A DNA stretch of 64,000 nt from an uncultured Acidobacteriota bacterium (GTDB lineage Bacteria > Actinomycetota > Acidimicrobiia > Spongiisociales > ZC4RG35), in NCBI GenBank assembly GCA_963828465.1, contig CAWHEU010000022.1, positions 347,400 through 411,399 of the forward strand, given 5' to 3'. The notes under the pieces were generated by a model that did no database searches, was not told the origin of the DNA, and was given only the letters and a program-made list of their open reading frames with translations. Made by a program: the position numbers and the translations under genes. Each line of letters opens with the position of its first letter. Position 1 is the first letter of the stretch. Shown piece by piece: positions 21,872 to 31,510 of this stretch.

Positions 21872-22198
21872 TCAACCGCGAGCGGCACACTCGACGCAAC
21901 GTGAGGCGGCGGGCAGAGCGTCCAGCCGAGCAACTCCGATGTCGTTTCCGCACACGTCACACTTCCCGTAGGTGCCGTTGTCGATCTTGACCAAAGCCCG
22001 GTCGATGTCCTCGATGGTGTGCGTGATGGATCGCGCGGTAGCTGTGGTGCTAAGTCGCTCCACCGCCTCCGTGGTGCCGTCCCCGACCCGTTTCCCGAAC
22101 GAGACGGCGGCACCGGTCGTCGGCGGCGCGGTCAGTCTGCCCAATTCGACCTCGAGCTCGGCTTTGCGATCGACGAGGGTCTGACGGAGCGCGTCCAT
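21872..22198 (-). CDS. DksA/TraR family C4-type zinc finger protein
   Basis: C-terminal CDVCGNDIG...CVEC. Confidence 0.8.
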   Translation of the reverse strand: MDALRQTLVDRKAELEVELGRLTAPPTTGAAVSFGKRVGDGTTEAVERLSTTATARSITHTIEDIDRALVKIDNGTYGKCDVCGNDIGVARLDALPAASRCVECAARG

Positions 22199-22254
22199 GC
22201 GATCGAACCTTAGGAAGCGGAGTCATCAGTGTTCACCCGTACAATGGTCGGCCG

Positions 22255-23118
22255 ATGAGTTTTGAGACCCCGCGAGCGGTCGCTGAAGCGTTGCGCTCGG
22301 TCGATTATCTGCCCGACGACCGCATAGCGCAGGTCGTCTTTCTCGCTGACCGACTCGACAAGCCAATCCTTGTCGAGGGACCAGCAGGGGTCGGGAAGAC
22401 AGAGCTCGCCAAGTCGCTGGCCAGGGTCACCGGACGCGACCTGATCAGGCTCCAGTGCTACGAGGGCCTCGACGAGGCCAAGGCGCTCTACGAGTGGAAC
22501 TACAAGAAGCAGTTGCTCAGAATCCAGGCCGACGTCGACCACGACTGGGAGGACATCGAGCAGGACATCTTCTCGGAGGATTTCCTTCTCACCCGCCCAC
22601 TTCTCGAGGCTATTCGCTCCGAGAATCCCGTCGTGCTGCTCATCGACGAGGTGGACCGGGTCGAGGTCGAGACCGAGGCATTGCTCCTCGAGATCCTCTC
22701 CGATTTCCAGGTGTCGATCCCCGAGTTGGGGACGATGGAGGCACGAACCCAGCCGATGGTGGTTCTCACGTCCAACAACACCCGGGAGTTGAGCGAGGCG
22801 CTGAAGCGCCGCTGCCTCTTCCTCCACATCGACTACCCCGATGCTCAGAGGGAGCAGGAGATTCTCGCCGCTCGGGTTCCCGGGTTGTCCGAGCATCTGG
22901 CCGTACAGGTGGCCAAAGTGGCCCGGTCGATCCGAAGCCTCGACCTGAAGAAGGCGCCCTCCGTCTCTGAGACCATCGACTGGGCGCGGACCCTCCTCGC
23001 CCTCTCCATCGAGGATGTCGACGAGGCGATCCTGGGCGACACGCTGCACGTCCTCCTCAAGTACCAGGCCGACATCGAGAAGGCGGCCAAGGAGCTGACG
23101 TCGAGCCCTCCATCGTGA
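22255..23118 (+). CDS. MoxR-like AAA+ ATPase
   Basis: GPAGVGKTELAKSLA Walker A; CbbQ/NorQ-like. Confidence 0.85.
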   Translation: MSFETPRAVAEALRSVDYLPDDRIAQVVFLADRLDKPILVEGPAGVGKTELAKSLARVTGRDLIRLQCYEGLDEAKALYEWNYKKQLLRIQADVDHDWEDIEQDIFSEDFLLTRPLLEAIRSENPVVLLIDEVDRVEVETEALLLEILSDFQVSIPELGTMEARTQPMVVLTSNNTRELSEALKRRCLFLHIDYPDAQREQEILAARVPGLSEHLAVQVAKVARSIRSLDLKKAPSVSETIDWARTLLALSIEDVDEAILGDTLHVLLKYQADIEKAAKELTSSPPS

Positions 23119-23119
23119 C

Positions 23120-24547
23120 GTGCTCGGGATAATCACCGGTTTCATCGACGAGCTGAGGGCGGCCGGCGTCCCTGTGTCGATGGTGGAGGCCATCGACGGG
23201 ATGCGGGCAGTCGAGGCCGTTGAGATCGGCGACAGGATCGCCCTTCGCGAGACCTTGCGGGCCACCTTGATCAAGAACCTGCGTCATGAGCGCGCCTTCG
23301 ATACTGCGTTCGACGTCTATTTCTCGATGGTTCCCCAGTCCCTTTCCGAGCCAGGGGATTCCGGGGAGTCCGATTCTCAGCCGCATGCCGACCGGTCCGA
23401 TGCCCTTGAGCCGCCCCCGTTCGATATCGACGGGCTCCTCGATTCGCTCCTCGAGGCGCTGGCCGGTCTCGAGGAGGAGGCGATCCGGCGTGGCGCCCGT
23501 ACCGCGGTAGACGAGTTGGCCGGCATGGAGCCGGGGCGGCCCGTCGGCGGGACCTACTACCTGTACCGAACGCTGCGCAGGCTTGATCTGGCGGACCTCG
23601 AGGAGAGATTGATCTCTGCCCTCACCGACGATCAGGACCTGTCCGATTTCGAAAGGCGTCTCCTCCGCGAGGAGGTGGAGGCCAGGATCGAGCGTCTGCG
23701 GCAGGAAATCGAGGAAGAGATTCGACGACGACTCGTGGCCGATCGCGGTCGTGATGCGGTGGCGCGCACCCTGCGGCGCCCTCTCATCGAGGATGTCGAC
23801 CTGATGCACGCCACGACCAGCGACCTCCACGAAATGGAGGACGCCATCGGGCCCCTTACACGGAAGCTGGCAGCGCGGTTGGCCCGACGCCGTCGGATGC
23901 GGGCAGGTCGGCTCGATTTCCGTCGCACCGTGCGAAAGTCGTTGGCAACCGGCGGCGTCCCGGCAGACCCACAGTTCCGCCATCCACGGCCTCACCGGCC
24001 GGAGGTCTGGCTCCTCTGCGACATCAGCGGGTCCATGGCGACATTCTCCCGTTTCACCCTCCAGTTCACCCACGCCATGTCGACCCACTTCTCCAAGCTG
24101 CGGTCTTTCGCTTTCGTCGACACCATCGATGAAGTCAGTGACTTCTTCGGCCCGGGGGTGGATTTCGGGTCGGCATTGCGGCGGGTTACTACCGAGGCCG
24201 AGGTGGTGTGGCTGGATGGGCACTCCGATTACGGCAACTCCCTGGAGACGTTTCACACCCGGTACGGCCGTCAGCTCACCCCCCGGACGACCGTGATCAT
24301 CACAGGGGACGCCCGTAACAATTACCGGCCGCCACGGGATGGGGTGCTCGGCGACATCGCAGAGGCGTCACGTGCCTTGATCTGGCTCAACCCCGAACCT
24401 GAGGCATACTGGGACACCGGCGATTCGGCGATGTCTCACTATGCCGGCCATTGCACCTCGGTCCATGAGGTGCGGACGCTGCGCCAGCTCGAGCAATTCA
24501 TCGAGGATTTGACCCTCCCCGGGCCAAGGCTCCTCCAGAATGTCTAA
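23120..24547 (+). CDS. VWA domain protein (CoxE-like), partner of MoxR
   Basis: MIDAS DISGSM in the C-terminal VWA; immediately follows moxR. Confidence 0.8.
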   Translation: MLGIITGFIDELRAAGVPVSMVEAIDGMRAVEAVEIGDRIALRETLRATLIKNLRHERAFDTAFDVYFSMVPQSLSEPGDSGESDSQPHADRSDALEPPPFDIDGLLDSLLEALAGLEEEAIRRGARTAVDELAGMEPGRPVGGTYYLYRTLRRLDLADLEERLISALTDDQDLSDFERRLLREEVEARIERLRQEIEEEIRRRLVADRGRDAVARTLRRPLIEDVDLMHATTSDLHEMEDAIGPLTRKLAARLARRRRMRAGRLDFRRTVRKSLATGGVPADPQFRHPRPHRPEVWLLCDISGSMATFSRFTLQFTHAMSTHFSKLRSFAFVDTIDEVSDFFGPGVDFGSALRRVTTEAEVVWLDGHSDYGNSLETFHTRYGRQLTPRTTVIITGDARNNYRPPRDGVLGDIAEASRALIWLNPEPEAYWDTGDSAMSHYAGHCTSVHEVRTLRQLEQFIEDLTLPGPRLLQNV

Positions 24548-24609
24548 ACCGTGAGAGGCTTTCTGCCGATGTTGTGGCACACGCCCACCTACGGGCGATC
24601 GGACTAGAG

Positions 24610-24984
24610 GTGAAGAACATGGGCTCGCGGATACTCGTTGTCGAGGACTCGGCCGTCATCAGACGGCTCATCGAAGTCTGTCTCCGCGCTGCCGACCTCG
24701 AAATCATCACCCGTGAGGATGGCAAGACAGGGCTCGCCGCCGTTGGCTCGGAGTCACCCGACCTGGTCGTCCTGGACATCGGGCTTCCCGGCATGGACGG
24801 GTGGGAAGTGTTGGACCGCATCCGTCGGGACGAGTCGACGAGAAACATCCCGGTAGTCGTCCTCACCGCCCACGCCGAAGAGGAATCTCGACGCAGGGCG
24901 AATGAGGGCGGGGCAGATGCTTTCGTCACCAAGCCGTTCCAGCCCAACGATTTCCGCTCGACGGTCCTGTCGCTGCTCGAGTAG
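24610..24984 (+). CDS. single-domain response regulator (CheY-like receiver)
   Basis: ILVVEDS...LVVLDIGLPGMDG...VVVLTA...FVTKPF. Confidence 0.85.
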   Translation: MKNMGSRILVVEDSAVIRRLIEVCLRAADLEIITREDGKTGLAAVGSESPDLVVLDIGLPGMDGWEVLDRIRRDESTRNIPVVVLTAHAEEESRRRANEGGADAFVTKPFQPNDFRSTVLSLLE

Positions 24985-25003
24985 GCCCACCCCAAATGCG
25001 GGA

Positions 25004-26032
25004 CTAAGCCGGCTCCTTCTCCAAGACCTCAGCTAGACGCTCGGCGAGGTCCACCACCCGGTTGGAGTATCCCCACTCGTTGTCGTACCACGACATAACT
25101 TTGACCAGGTTCCCGCCGAGCACCTGAGTGCCGCCGGCATCGAAGATCGACGAGTGCGGGTTCCCGATGATGTCGGTCGAGACGATCGGATCCTCCACAT
25201 ATTCCAGTATCCCGGCCATCGGGCCCTCCGCCGCGGCCCTGACCGCTGCGTTCACCTCTTCGACTGTCACATCACGGTCCAGCTCGACCACCAGGTCGAC
25301 CGTCGAACCGTCGGGCACAGGCACCCGCATCGCCATGCCGTCGAGTTTCCCGGCGAGATTGGGGATGACCTCCCCGATGGCAGCCGCGGCACCTGTGCTC
25401 GTCGGGATGATGTTCTCGGTCGCCGCCCGGCTCCGGCGTAGGTCCTGGTGCGGGACGTCGGCCAGCACCTGGTCGTTGGTGTAGGCGTGCACCGTCGTCA
25501 TCACGCCCTTGCGGATGCCGAAATTGTCGTCCAGCACCTTGGCCAGAGGCGCCAGTGAGTTCGTGGTGCACGAGGCGTTGGAGACGATGATGTCGTCGGA
25601 GTCGAGTTGGTCATCGTTGACCCCAAGGACGACTGTCTCATCCACCTTGTCCTTCGACGGGACGGTGAGAATGACTCGCTTGGCCCCGGCATCGACATGC
25701 TTCTGGAGCGTTGCGCGGTCCCTGAAGACGCCAGTCGATTCGATGACGATGTCGACATCGAGGTCCTGCCACGGCAACGAGGATGGGTCGCGCTCCATGA
25801 GCATCTTGATCTCATGCTCTCCGACCCTCATCACACCCCCGTTCACAGTGACTTCTTCCTCGAACCGTCCCATCACCGAGTCGTACTCGAGGAGGTAGGC
25901 GAGAATGTCGTCATCGGAAAGGTCGTTGATGGCGACGACTTTGAGATCCGAATTCGGCCGTGAAGCGATGATGCGAAATACCGCCCGCCCGATCCGCCCG
26001 AAGCCGTTGATTGCGACGTTGGCCATGTTCAT
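25004..26032 (-). CDS. gap: glyceraldehyde-3-phosphate dehydrogenase (type I)
   Basis: GFGRIGR; catalytic SNASCTTNSLAP and TTVHAYT present. Confidence 0.92.
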   Translation of the reverse strand: MNMANVAINGFGRIGRAVFRIIASRPNSDLKVVAINDLSDDDILAYLLEYDSVMGRFEEEVTVNGGVMRVGEHEIKMLMERDPSSLPWQDLDVDIVIESTGVFRDRATLQKHVDAGAKRVILTVPSKDKVDETVVLGVNDDQLDSDDIIVSNASCTTNSLAPLAKVLDDNFGIRKGVMTTVHAYTNDQVLADVPHQDLRRSRAATENIIPTSTGAAAAIGEVIPNLAGKLDGMAMRVPVPDGSTVDLVVELDRDVTVEEVNAAVRAAAEGPMAGILEYVEDPIVSTDIIGNPHSSIFDAGGTQVLGGNLVKVMSWYDNEWGYSNRVVDLAERLAEVLEKEPA

Positions 26033-27048
26033 TCTCCGTTGAGGTAGGTGGCGATCATCCCGGTGACCTCGACCACCCGGTTCGAGTAGCCCCAGCCGTT
26101 GTTGAACCAGGTAATGGTCTTCACCAGAGTTCCCCCTGTCACCATGGTGGCCAGACTGTCATAGACACCGGAGTGGGAGATCGATCTCACGTCTGAGGAA
26201 ACAATCGGATCTGCGACATATTCGATGATTCCCTGGTACTTGCTCTCGCACGCCGCCCTGACGAGGCCATTGACCTCTTCCTTGTCCGTAGCGCGCTCGA
26301 CGTCGACCACCATGTCCACGGTCGAGCCGTCGACTACGGGAACATTGAGGGCGACCACTGCCAGCTTGTCCTCGAGCTCGGGCAGGACCTGGGTGATGAT
26401 CTCGGCAGAATTCGTGTCGGCGGGGATGATGTTCTCCCCAGCAGCCCGGGAAGTCCGGTAGGAGTCGGTCGGTACATCTGCGAGCCGTCCTGCGTTGGAC
26501 ATCGCCTTGACCACCGTCATGTAGGCGCGCTTGACCCCGAGCTCCTCGTTGATGGTCTTCAATATCGGTGCGGCGGCGTTCGATGTGTTGGAGCCGAGCG
26601 CCACCTGGTCGACGTCCGAAGTGAGGACGTCGTCGTTTATCCCACGAAGAAGCAGAGGGATCTCACCGGGGATCTCAGGGCTCGAGGTCAAGACGACTTT
26701 CTTCGCCCCAGCCTTGAGATGCTGCTCCAGGGCTTCCTTGGTCCGATAGCGGCTGGTGGTCTCGAGCACTACATCGACGCCGAGCTCCCCCCAGTCGGCA
26801 TCGCCCGGCTCACGTGCGTTCAGCCAGGCGACATTCCTGTCGCCGTAAGACAATGTGCCGTCGGCGTAGGACACAGGTGCCGGAAAGCGGCCGTAGATGG
26901 AGTCGTACTTGAGGAGGTAGGTGAGCGCCTCGGGATCGGCGATGTCGCTGATCGCCACGATGTCGAGGTCGGCCCGATTGTGGAGGAGGCGCATCACGTT
27001 CCGCCCGATACGGCCGAAGCCCATGAGCCCTATCCGGGTTGTCATCAT
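26029..27048 (-). CDS. GAPDH-fold paralog lacking the catalytic Cys/His dyad
   Basis: GFGRIGRNV NAD motif retained. The active-site segment reads GSNTSNAAAP (no Cys), and His is replaced (TVVKAM). ATGA overlap with the gap start. The ORF-track start 27183 is probably too long; ATG 27048 has a GGAA RBS. Confidence 0.75.
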   Translation of the reverse strand: MMTTRIGLMGFGRIGRNVMRLLHNRADLDIVAISDIADPEALTYLLKYDSIYGRFPAPVSYADGTLSYGDRNVAWLNAREPGDADWGELGVDVVLETTSRYRTKEALEQHLKAGAKKVVLTSSPEIPGEIPLLLRGINDDVLTSDVDQVALGSNTSNAAAPILKTINEELGVKRAYMTVVKAMSNAGRLADVPTDSYRTSRAAGENIIPADTNSAEIITQVLPELEDKLAVVALNVPVVDGSTVDMVVDVERATDKEEVNGLVRAACESKYQGIIEYVADPIVSSDVRSISHSGVYDSLATMVTGGTLVKTITWFNNGWGYSNRVVEVTGMIATYLNGE

Positions 27049-27140
27049 CGATCGATTCCTTTCTGCGGAACTGAAACTAGTGGTCATACCCCTTGGCGAC
27101 CCAAACCGGCGCCGGTAGGTTCGGCTTCGGGAGGGTTGAG

Positions 27141-27735
27141 ATGCTGTTGGCTTTCGCCCTGAGCGCGGTGTGCCTGATGGCACCGGTCGATGGCCCGGTT
27201 GTCGCCGAATATGCGCCAGTGGGGTCTTATGGCGGCCACTGGGGCATCGACTATGCAGCCGGCTGTGGGTTCACAGGTGCGGGCACCGGCCTCGGGCCGG
27301 ATCACTTTCGCCGGCTCGGTAGCAGGGATGAGATCGGTGACCATCGAACCGGTCCCCGGGTTCAAGGTGTCGTTGAGCTATCTGTCGGAGATCGAGCAGT
27401 CGTCGGGAGCCAGCGTCGGTCGGGGTGAGGTGATCGGAAGATCCGGATCACCCCATGGCGTGAATGGGGTCCATCTGTCGACCAGAATCGACGGCGAGTA
27501 CGTCGACCCTGGGACCCAACTGGGATGTCGTGACACCGACATCACCCGAGCGCTCCGGCTGGTGACGCCTCCGGGACCGTATGCTCGCCAACGTGCGCAC
27601 CGGGATCCTGGGCGGGACGTTCGACCCGATCCATATCGCCCATCTCCACGCCGGCGAGACGGCATTGTTCGCAGCCGACCTCGACCGGGTGTTGTTCATG
27701 CCCGCTGGCGACCCATGGCAAAAAGGAGCACGTGA
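27141..27735 (+). CDS. M23 family metallopeptidase (LytM domain), +1 frameshift near 27264; the 3' end is uncertain (overlaps nadD in this frame)
   Basis: Signal peptide, GHWGIDYAAG (frame 0), then ASGRITFAGSV...HGVNGVHLSTRIDGEYVDP (frame 1). Confidence 0.65.
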
Positions 27736-28165
27736 GCTCACACCAGCCGCCGAACGTCTGGAGATGACGAGGCTGGCCGTCGAAGAAACGGACGGATTCG
27801 AGATAGACGATCGTGAGATCGATCGGAACGGTCCTACCTACACCATCGATACGTTGCTCACTTTCCCTTCGGGCGAGGAGCTGTTCCTGATCCTCGGGGC
27901 CGACGCCGCCATCGGGCTTCCCACGTGGCACCGCTGGGAGGAGGTCATCGAAAGGGCGGGCATCCTCGTGGTGCCCCGACCGGGCACGGACCTCGCGGCG
28001 GTCGCCGCGACGGTTCCTGAGGCCACCATCCTGGAGATGTCGGCGCTCGATATCAGCTCGACATCGATCCGTGATTTGGCGGCGTCAGGGCGGCCCTATC
28101 GCTTCCTGGTGCCCTCAGAAGTCCACCGGTTTATCGACAGCAAGGGTGTCTACACGCAAATGTGA
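27581..28165 (+). CDS. nadD: nicotinate-nucleotide adenylyltransferase
   Basis: GILGGTFDPIHIAH. Confidence 0.88.
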   Translation: MLANVRTGILGGTFDPIHIAHLHAGETALFAADLDRVLFMPAGDPWQKGARELTPAAERLEMTRLAVEETDGFEIDDREIDRNGPTYTIDTLLTFPSGEELFLILGADAAIGLPTWHRWEEVIERAGILVVPRPGTDLAAVAATVPEATILEMSALDISSTSIRDLAASGRPYRFLVPSEVHRFIDSKGVYTQM

Positions 28166-28235
28166 GCAGGCGATATGGTGGGGGCGCAAACGACCAGGAG
28201 GAATCCCCGTAGATAGCGGAAGAGAACAGGCTCGG

Positions 28236-28577
28236 GTGGCGGCGGACGCCATCTTCAGCAAAAAGGGCATGGACATCGTGTTGCTCGACGTAGAAGGGCT
28301 GTTCGTTCTCTCCGACGTCTTCGTCATTGCCACCGGGACCTCTCGTCCGCACGTCCAATCGCTCGCAGAGCACGTCGAGGAACGGATGTCTGAGGAGCTG
28401 GGTCTCAAGCCTCTGCGTAGCGAAGGCCGGGTGGAAGCCGAGTGGGTGCTTCTCGATTTCGGCGATGTCATCGTCCACGTCTTTCAGGCGTCGGCACGTG
28501 ATTTCTACGGTCTGGAGCGATTGTGGGCCGATGCCGAGAATGTCGACTGGGTGGAGCCGGTCGCCGCCGACGGCTGA
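28236..28577 (+). CDS. rsfS: ribosome silencing factor RsfS (Iojap)
   Basis: DIVLLDV...VIATG.S.RHV; GTG start at 28236 with a GGAAGAGAA RBS. The ORF-track start 28071 overlaps nadD and is probably too long. Confidence 0.8.
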   Translation: MAADAIFSKKGMDIVLLDVEGLFVLSDVFVIATGTSRPHVQSLAEHVEERMSEELGLKPLRSEGRVEAEWVLLDFGDVIVHVFQASARDFYGLERLWADAENVDWVEPVAADG

Positions 28578-28636
28578 TCAGTACAGGACAGGGGTCCCTG
28601 CGGCATCCCTCGTCCACATGATCATCCCTACATCAC

Positions 28637-28813
28637 GTGGTGGCACGGGCAGGCGTCTTGCGCCATTGAAGGGTCAACAAGCGCCCGAACTGGCGTCTCC
28701 ACTTGGCACCGGCACCGGGAGCAAACGCCTCAGCAGGAACAGCCCAGGTGGGGTAGCCAAGTTCAAGGCCCCTGGTACTGCTCTGTGGGGAAGGGATGAT
28801 CTCTGTACTCATG
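28637..28813 (-). CDS. small hypothetical protein (59 aa), convergent with rsfS and divergent from tRNA-Ala
   Basis: Hand-translated ORF MSTEIIPSPQSSTRGLELGYPTWAVPAEAFAPGAGAKWRRQFGRLLTLQWRKTPARATT. Just below the 60-aa ORF-track cutoff; weak RBS. Confidence 0.3.
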
Positions 28814-29042
28814 GAAAGGGTTGATTCCTCGATTCGTTGTCAGGGACGCGGACGACCACGGGTGGTGCCAGCGGGGGTGTCACGAATGCGCACTATCGCG
28901 ATTCGGTGATTAACGCATCGTTAAGACCGGGTCGCCGTATGCATCGGGCACCGGTGAAGTCGTTGTCGACTGTCTCCCGGCTGGTTTTCTCCGGGGGTTG
29001 GCTCATGCTGGCGCAGACCGATAACCTGGGGCTTCCCCGTTT

Positions 29043-29116
29043 GGGGCTGTAGCTCAGCCTGGCAGAGCACCTGACTGGCAGTCAGGGGGTCAGGGGTTCA
29101 AATCCCCTCAGCTCCA
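29043..29116 (+). tRNA. tRNA-Ala (anticodon GGC) with the G3:U70 identity pair
   Basis: GGGGCTG...CAGCTCC acceptor; anticodon stem-loop CCTGA-CTGGCAG-TCAGG. Confidence 0.8.
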
Positions 29117-29134
29117 CTTTCAACCCTCCCGGGG

Positions 29135-30518
29135 TCACTGTTCCGGTGGGATGTTCTGGTTGAGCCGGAACAGGTTGTCGGGGTCGTAATGGGCCTTGAC
29201 ACGACGGAGCCGGTCCCAGGTTCCGCCCGGGTAGGCAGCCCGCACACGGTCCTGTCCCTCATCGGCGAGGAAGCCGACGTACCCGCTGAGGTCGCCGTTG
29301 CTTAGGGACTTGGCGAAGTCGGACACCCACGTCTCGCGCCGCTGGCGGTCGTCGGGGCCTTCGTAGAACGAAGCGACATTGATCATCATTTTCCGATCGC
29401 GGTGAGCGAACGCTGTGGCGTCGTTGGGGACACGAGCCATGGCTCCGCCCAGGACCCGGAGTTGGGCTACCCGCATTGGTGCATCCGAGTCTTCGAGATA
29501 ACCGAGGATGGTCTCCGCGGTTGCCGAATCGAAGGTGTCGGCCCACAACGTCCGGGCTACTGCCAGCGGTCGGTACTCCTCGTCTTCCGGTCCGTAGATC
29601 TCCGGATAGGGCATCTCTTGGACCATGTCGGCGATCGGCTGAGCGAGCCGGCGGAACCGATCCATCACCTTCTGCCCTTCGTCGATGTCGCCGCACCACG
29701 CCACCAGGGCCATGATCACGAGGCTGCCGTGGATCTCCTCTGGGACGAATGGCAGGGGCGGGCAGCTCATGACGTTGGCGATGGTCGACAGCTCTTCGGG
29801 AGCCTGCTCCGCCTCGGCGATGAACCCGACGATGGTGTCGACCGTGGCAGGGAGAACCATCATCCCGCCGACGATCCGGTCCAGCTCCTGTAGTCGAAGC
29901 TTGGAATTTGGTGGCGACCCCGAAATTGCCTCCACCTCCCCTGATGGCCCAGAAGAGGTCGGGATGAGACTCCTCGTCGGCGCGCACCACCTCGCCGTCC
30001 GCCGTGACCACCTCGGCGGCAAGTAGCGAGTCGATGGTCATGCCGTGCTTTCGCACGAGGAACCCGATTCCGCCTCCGAGGGTGATTCCGCCCAGTCCCA
30101 CCGATCCTGTGTCGCCGAGCCCGGTGGCTAGCCCGACGGCGTTGGTCTCGTTGCTGTATTCGGCGGCGGTGAGACCGGAGTCGGCCCATGCGGTCCTGGA
30201 CTCGATGTCGATCTCGAGGGACTTGAGGCTCCTCAGATCGATCACGATCCCGCCATCGGTGGTGCTGTGTCCGGCGGCGCTGTGCCCGCCACTGCGGATG
30301 GCGAGCTCGACACCGGTCTCCCGCGCGATGGTCAGGACCGTCGCTATGTCGCTGGCGTCTGCCACTTGGGCGACCGCGGCGGGGCGGACACCGTCGTAGA
30401 CGGGTATGAAGAGTCGGTGGGCGTCGTCGTATCCCTCGTCCTCGGGCGTGAAAACCTGTCCTGTCAGCGCTTGGCGGAGACGTTCGATGTCGATATTGGG
30501 TCTGGCTGCGATGGACAT
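29135..30518 (-). CDS. FAD-linked oxidase (BBE/PCMH family), +1 frameshift near 29900-29910
   Basis: N-terminal FAD-binding domain ...RSGGHS...RGGGGNFGVATKF (ORF 29259-30518); C-terminal BBE-like ...DPDNLFRLNQNI (ORF 29135-30022). Confidence 0.8.
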
Positions 30519-30630
30519 GGGCTGACCTCCTTTTCTTGCTCATCGCTTTCATCCTTACAACGAACGGGACGCTGCCCAAAACGACAGGTATCGGCCAAAG
30601 GCGATCGATGGACGTTCGCGGTAGCGTCGC

Positions 30631-31500
30631 ATGATGCGGCCCAACCACTCTTACGGCCCCTCCACGTACTCGATCGTGGGCGCCGATCCCGAGGCAGGGG
30701 AGTGTGGCGTGGCCGTGCAGTCGAAGTTCCTCGCTGTCGGTGCCTTCGTGCCTTGGGCCCGGGGAGGGATCGGGGCTGTGGCCACTCAGGCATACGGCGA
30801 GGTCACCTACGGGAGCCGCGGGCTGGATCTGCTGGAATCGGGGCTCTCACCAGAGGACACTATCGATCGTCTGACGGGCGACGACGATCTACGCAGTCAT
30901 CGGCAGGTCGGGGTGGTCGCCGCCGATGGCCGCAGCGCCTCATACACCGGTGAGGAGTGCTTCGAACACGCAGTGAGCGTCACCGGGGACGGCTTCGCCG
31001 CCCAGGGCAACATCCTCACCAATCCCGACGTCCCCGAGGCGATGGCGGACACCTTCCGTGGCTCGTCGGGAAGGCTGGCGGATCGGCTCCTCGCTGCCCT
31101 CACCGCCGGCGAGACGGCCGGGGGAGAGAAGCGTGGCATGGAGTCGGCCGCTTTGCTCGTAGTCCGGCCAGGCGGCGGGTATGGCGGGAACCACGATCGA
31201 TGGCTCGATCTCCGCATAGACCATTCCGACACCCCGATCGAAGACCTGAGCGGCCTACTCGATCTCCACACTTTGTATTTCGGCAAGACGGAGGAAGGAG
31301 AGCTCCTGGCATTCGACGAGGGTCTTCAAAACGAGGTTCGTGGGATCCTCGACTCCATCGGCTGGTGGGATCCCGGCAACACTTTGGGAGACAACCTCCA
31401 AGGGTGGCTGGGGTGGCACAACCTGGAGGAACGATGGATGGGGACGGAACGACTCGATCCCGTCGTACTGGGCGAGTTGCGCAAGGCGTCGAACGCGTAG
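30631..31500 (+). CDS. DUF1028 family protein (Ntn-hydrolase-like)
   Basis: STYSIVGADPEAGECGVAVQSKFLAVGA...GAVATQA. Confidence 0.65.
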   Translation: MMRPNHSYGPSTYSIVGADPEAGECGVAVQSKFLAVGAFVPWARGGIGAVATQAYGEVTYGSRGLDLLESGLSPEDTIDRLTGDDDLRSHRQVGVVAADGRSASYTGEECFEHAVSVTGDGFAAQGNILTNPDVPEAMADTFRGSSGRLADRLLAALTAGETAGGEKRGMESAALLVVRPGGGYGGNHDRWLDLRIDHSDTPIEDLSGLLDLHTLYFGKTEEGELLAFDEGLQNEVRGILDSIGWWDPGNTLGDNLQGWLGWHNLEERWMGTERLDPVVLGELRKASNA

Positions 31501-31510
31501 CCTCCCGAGA

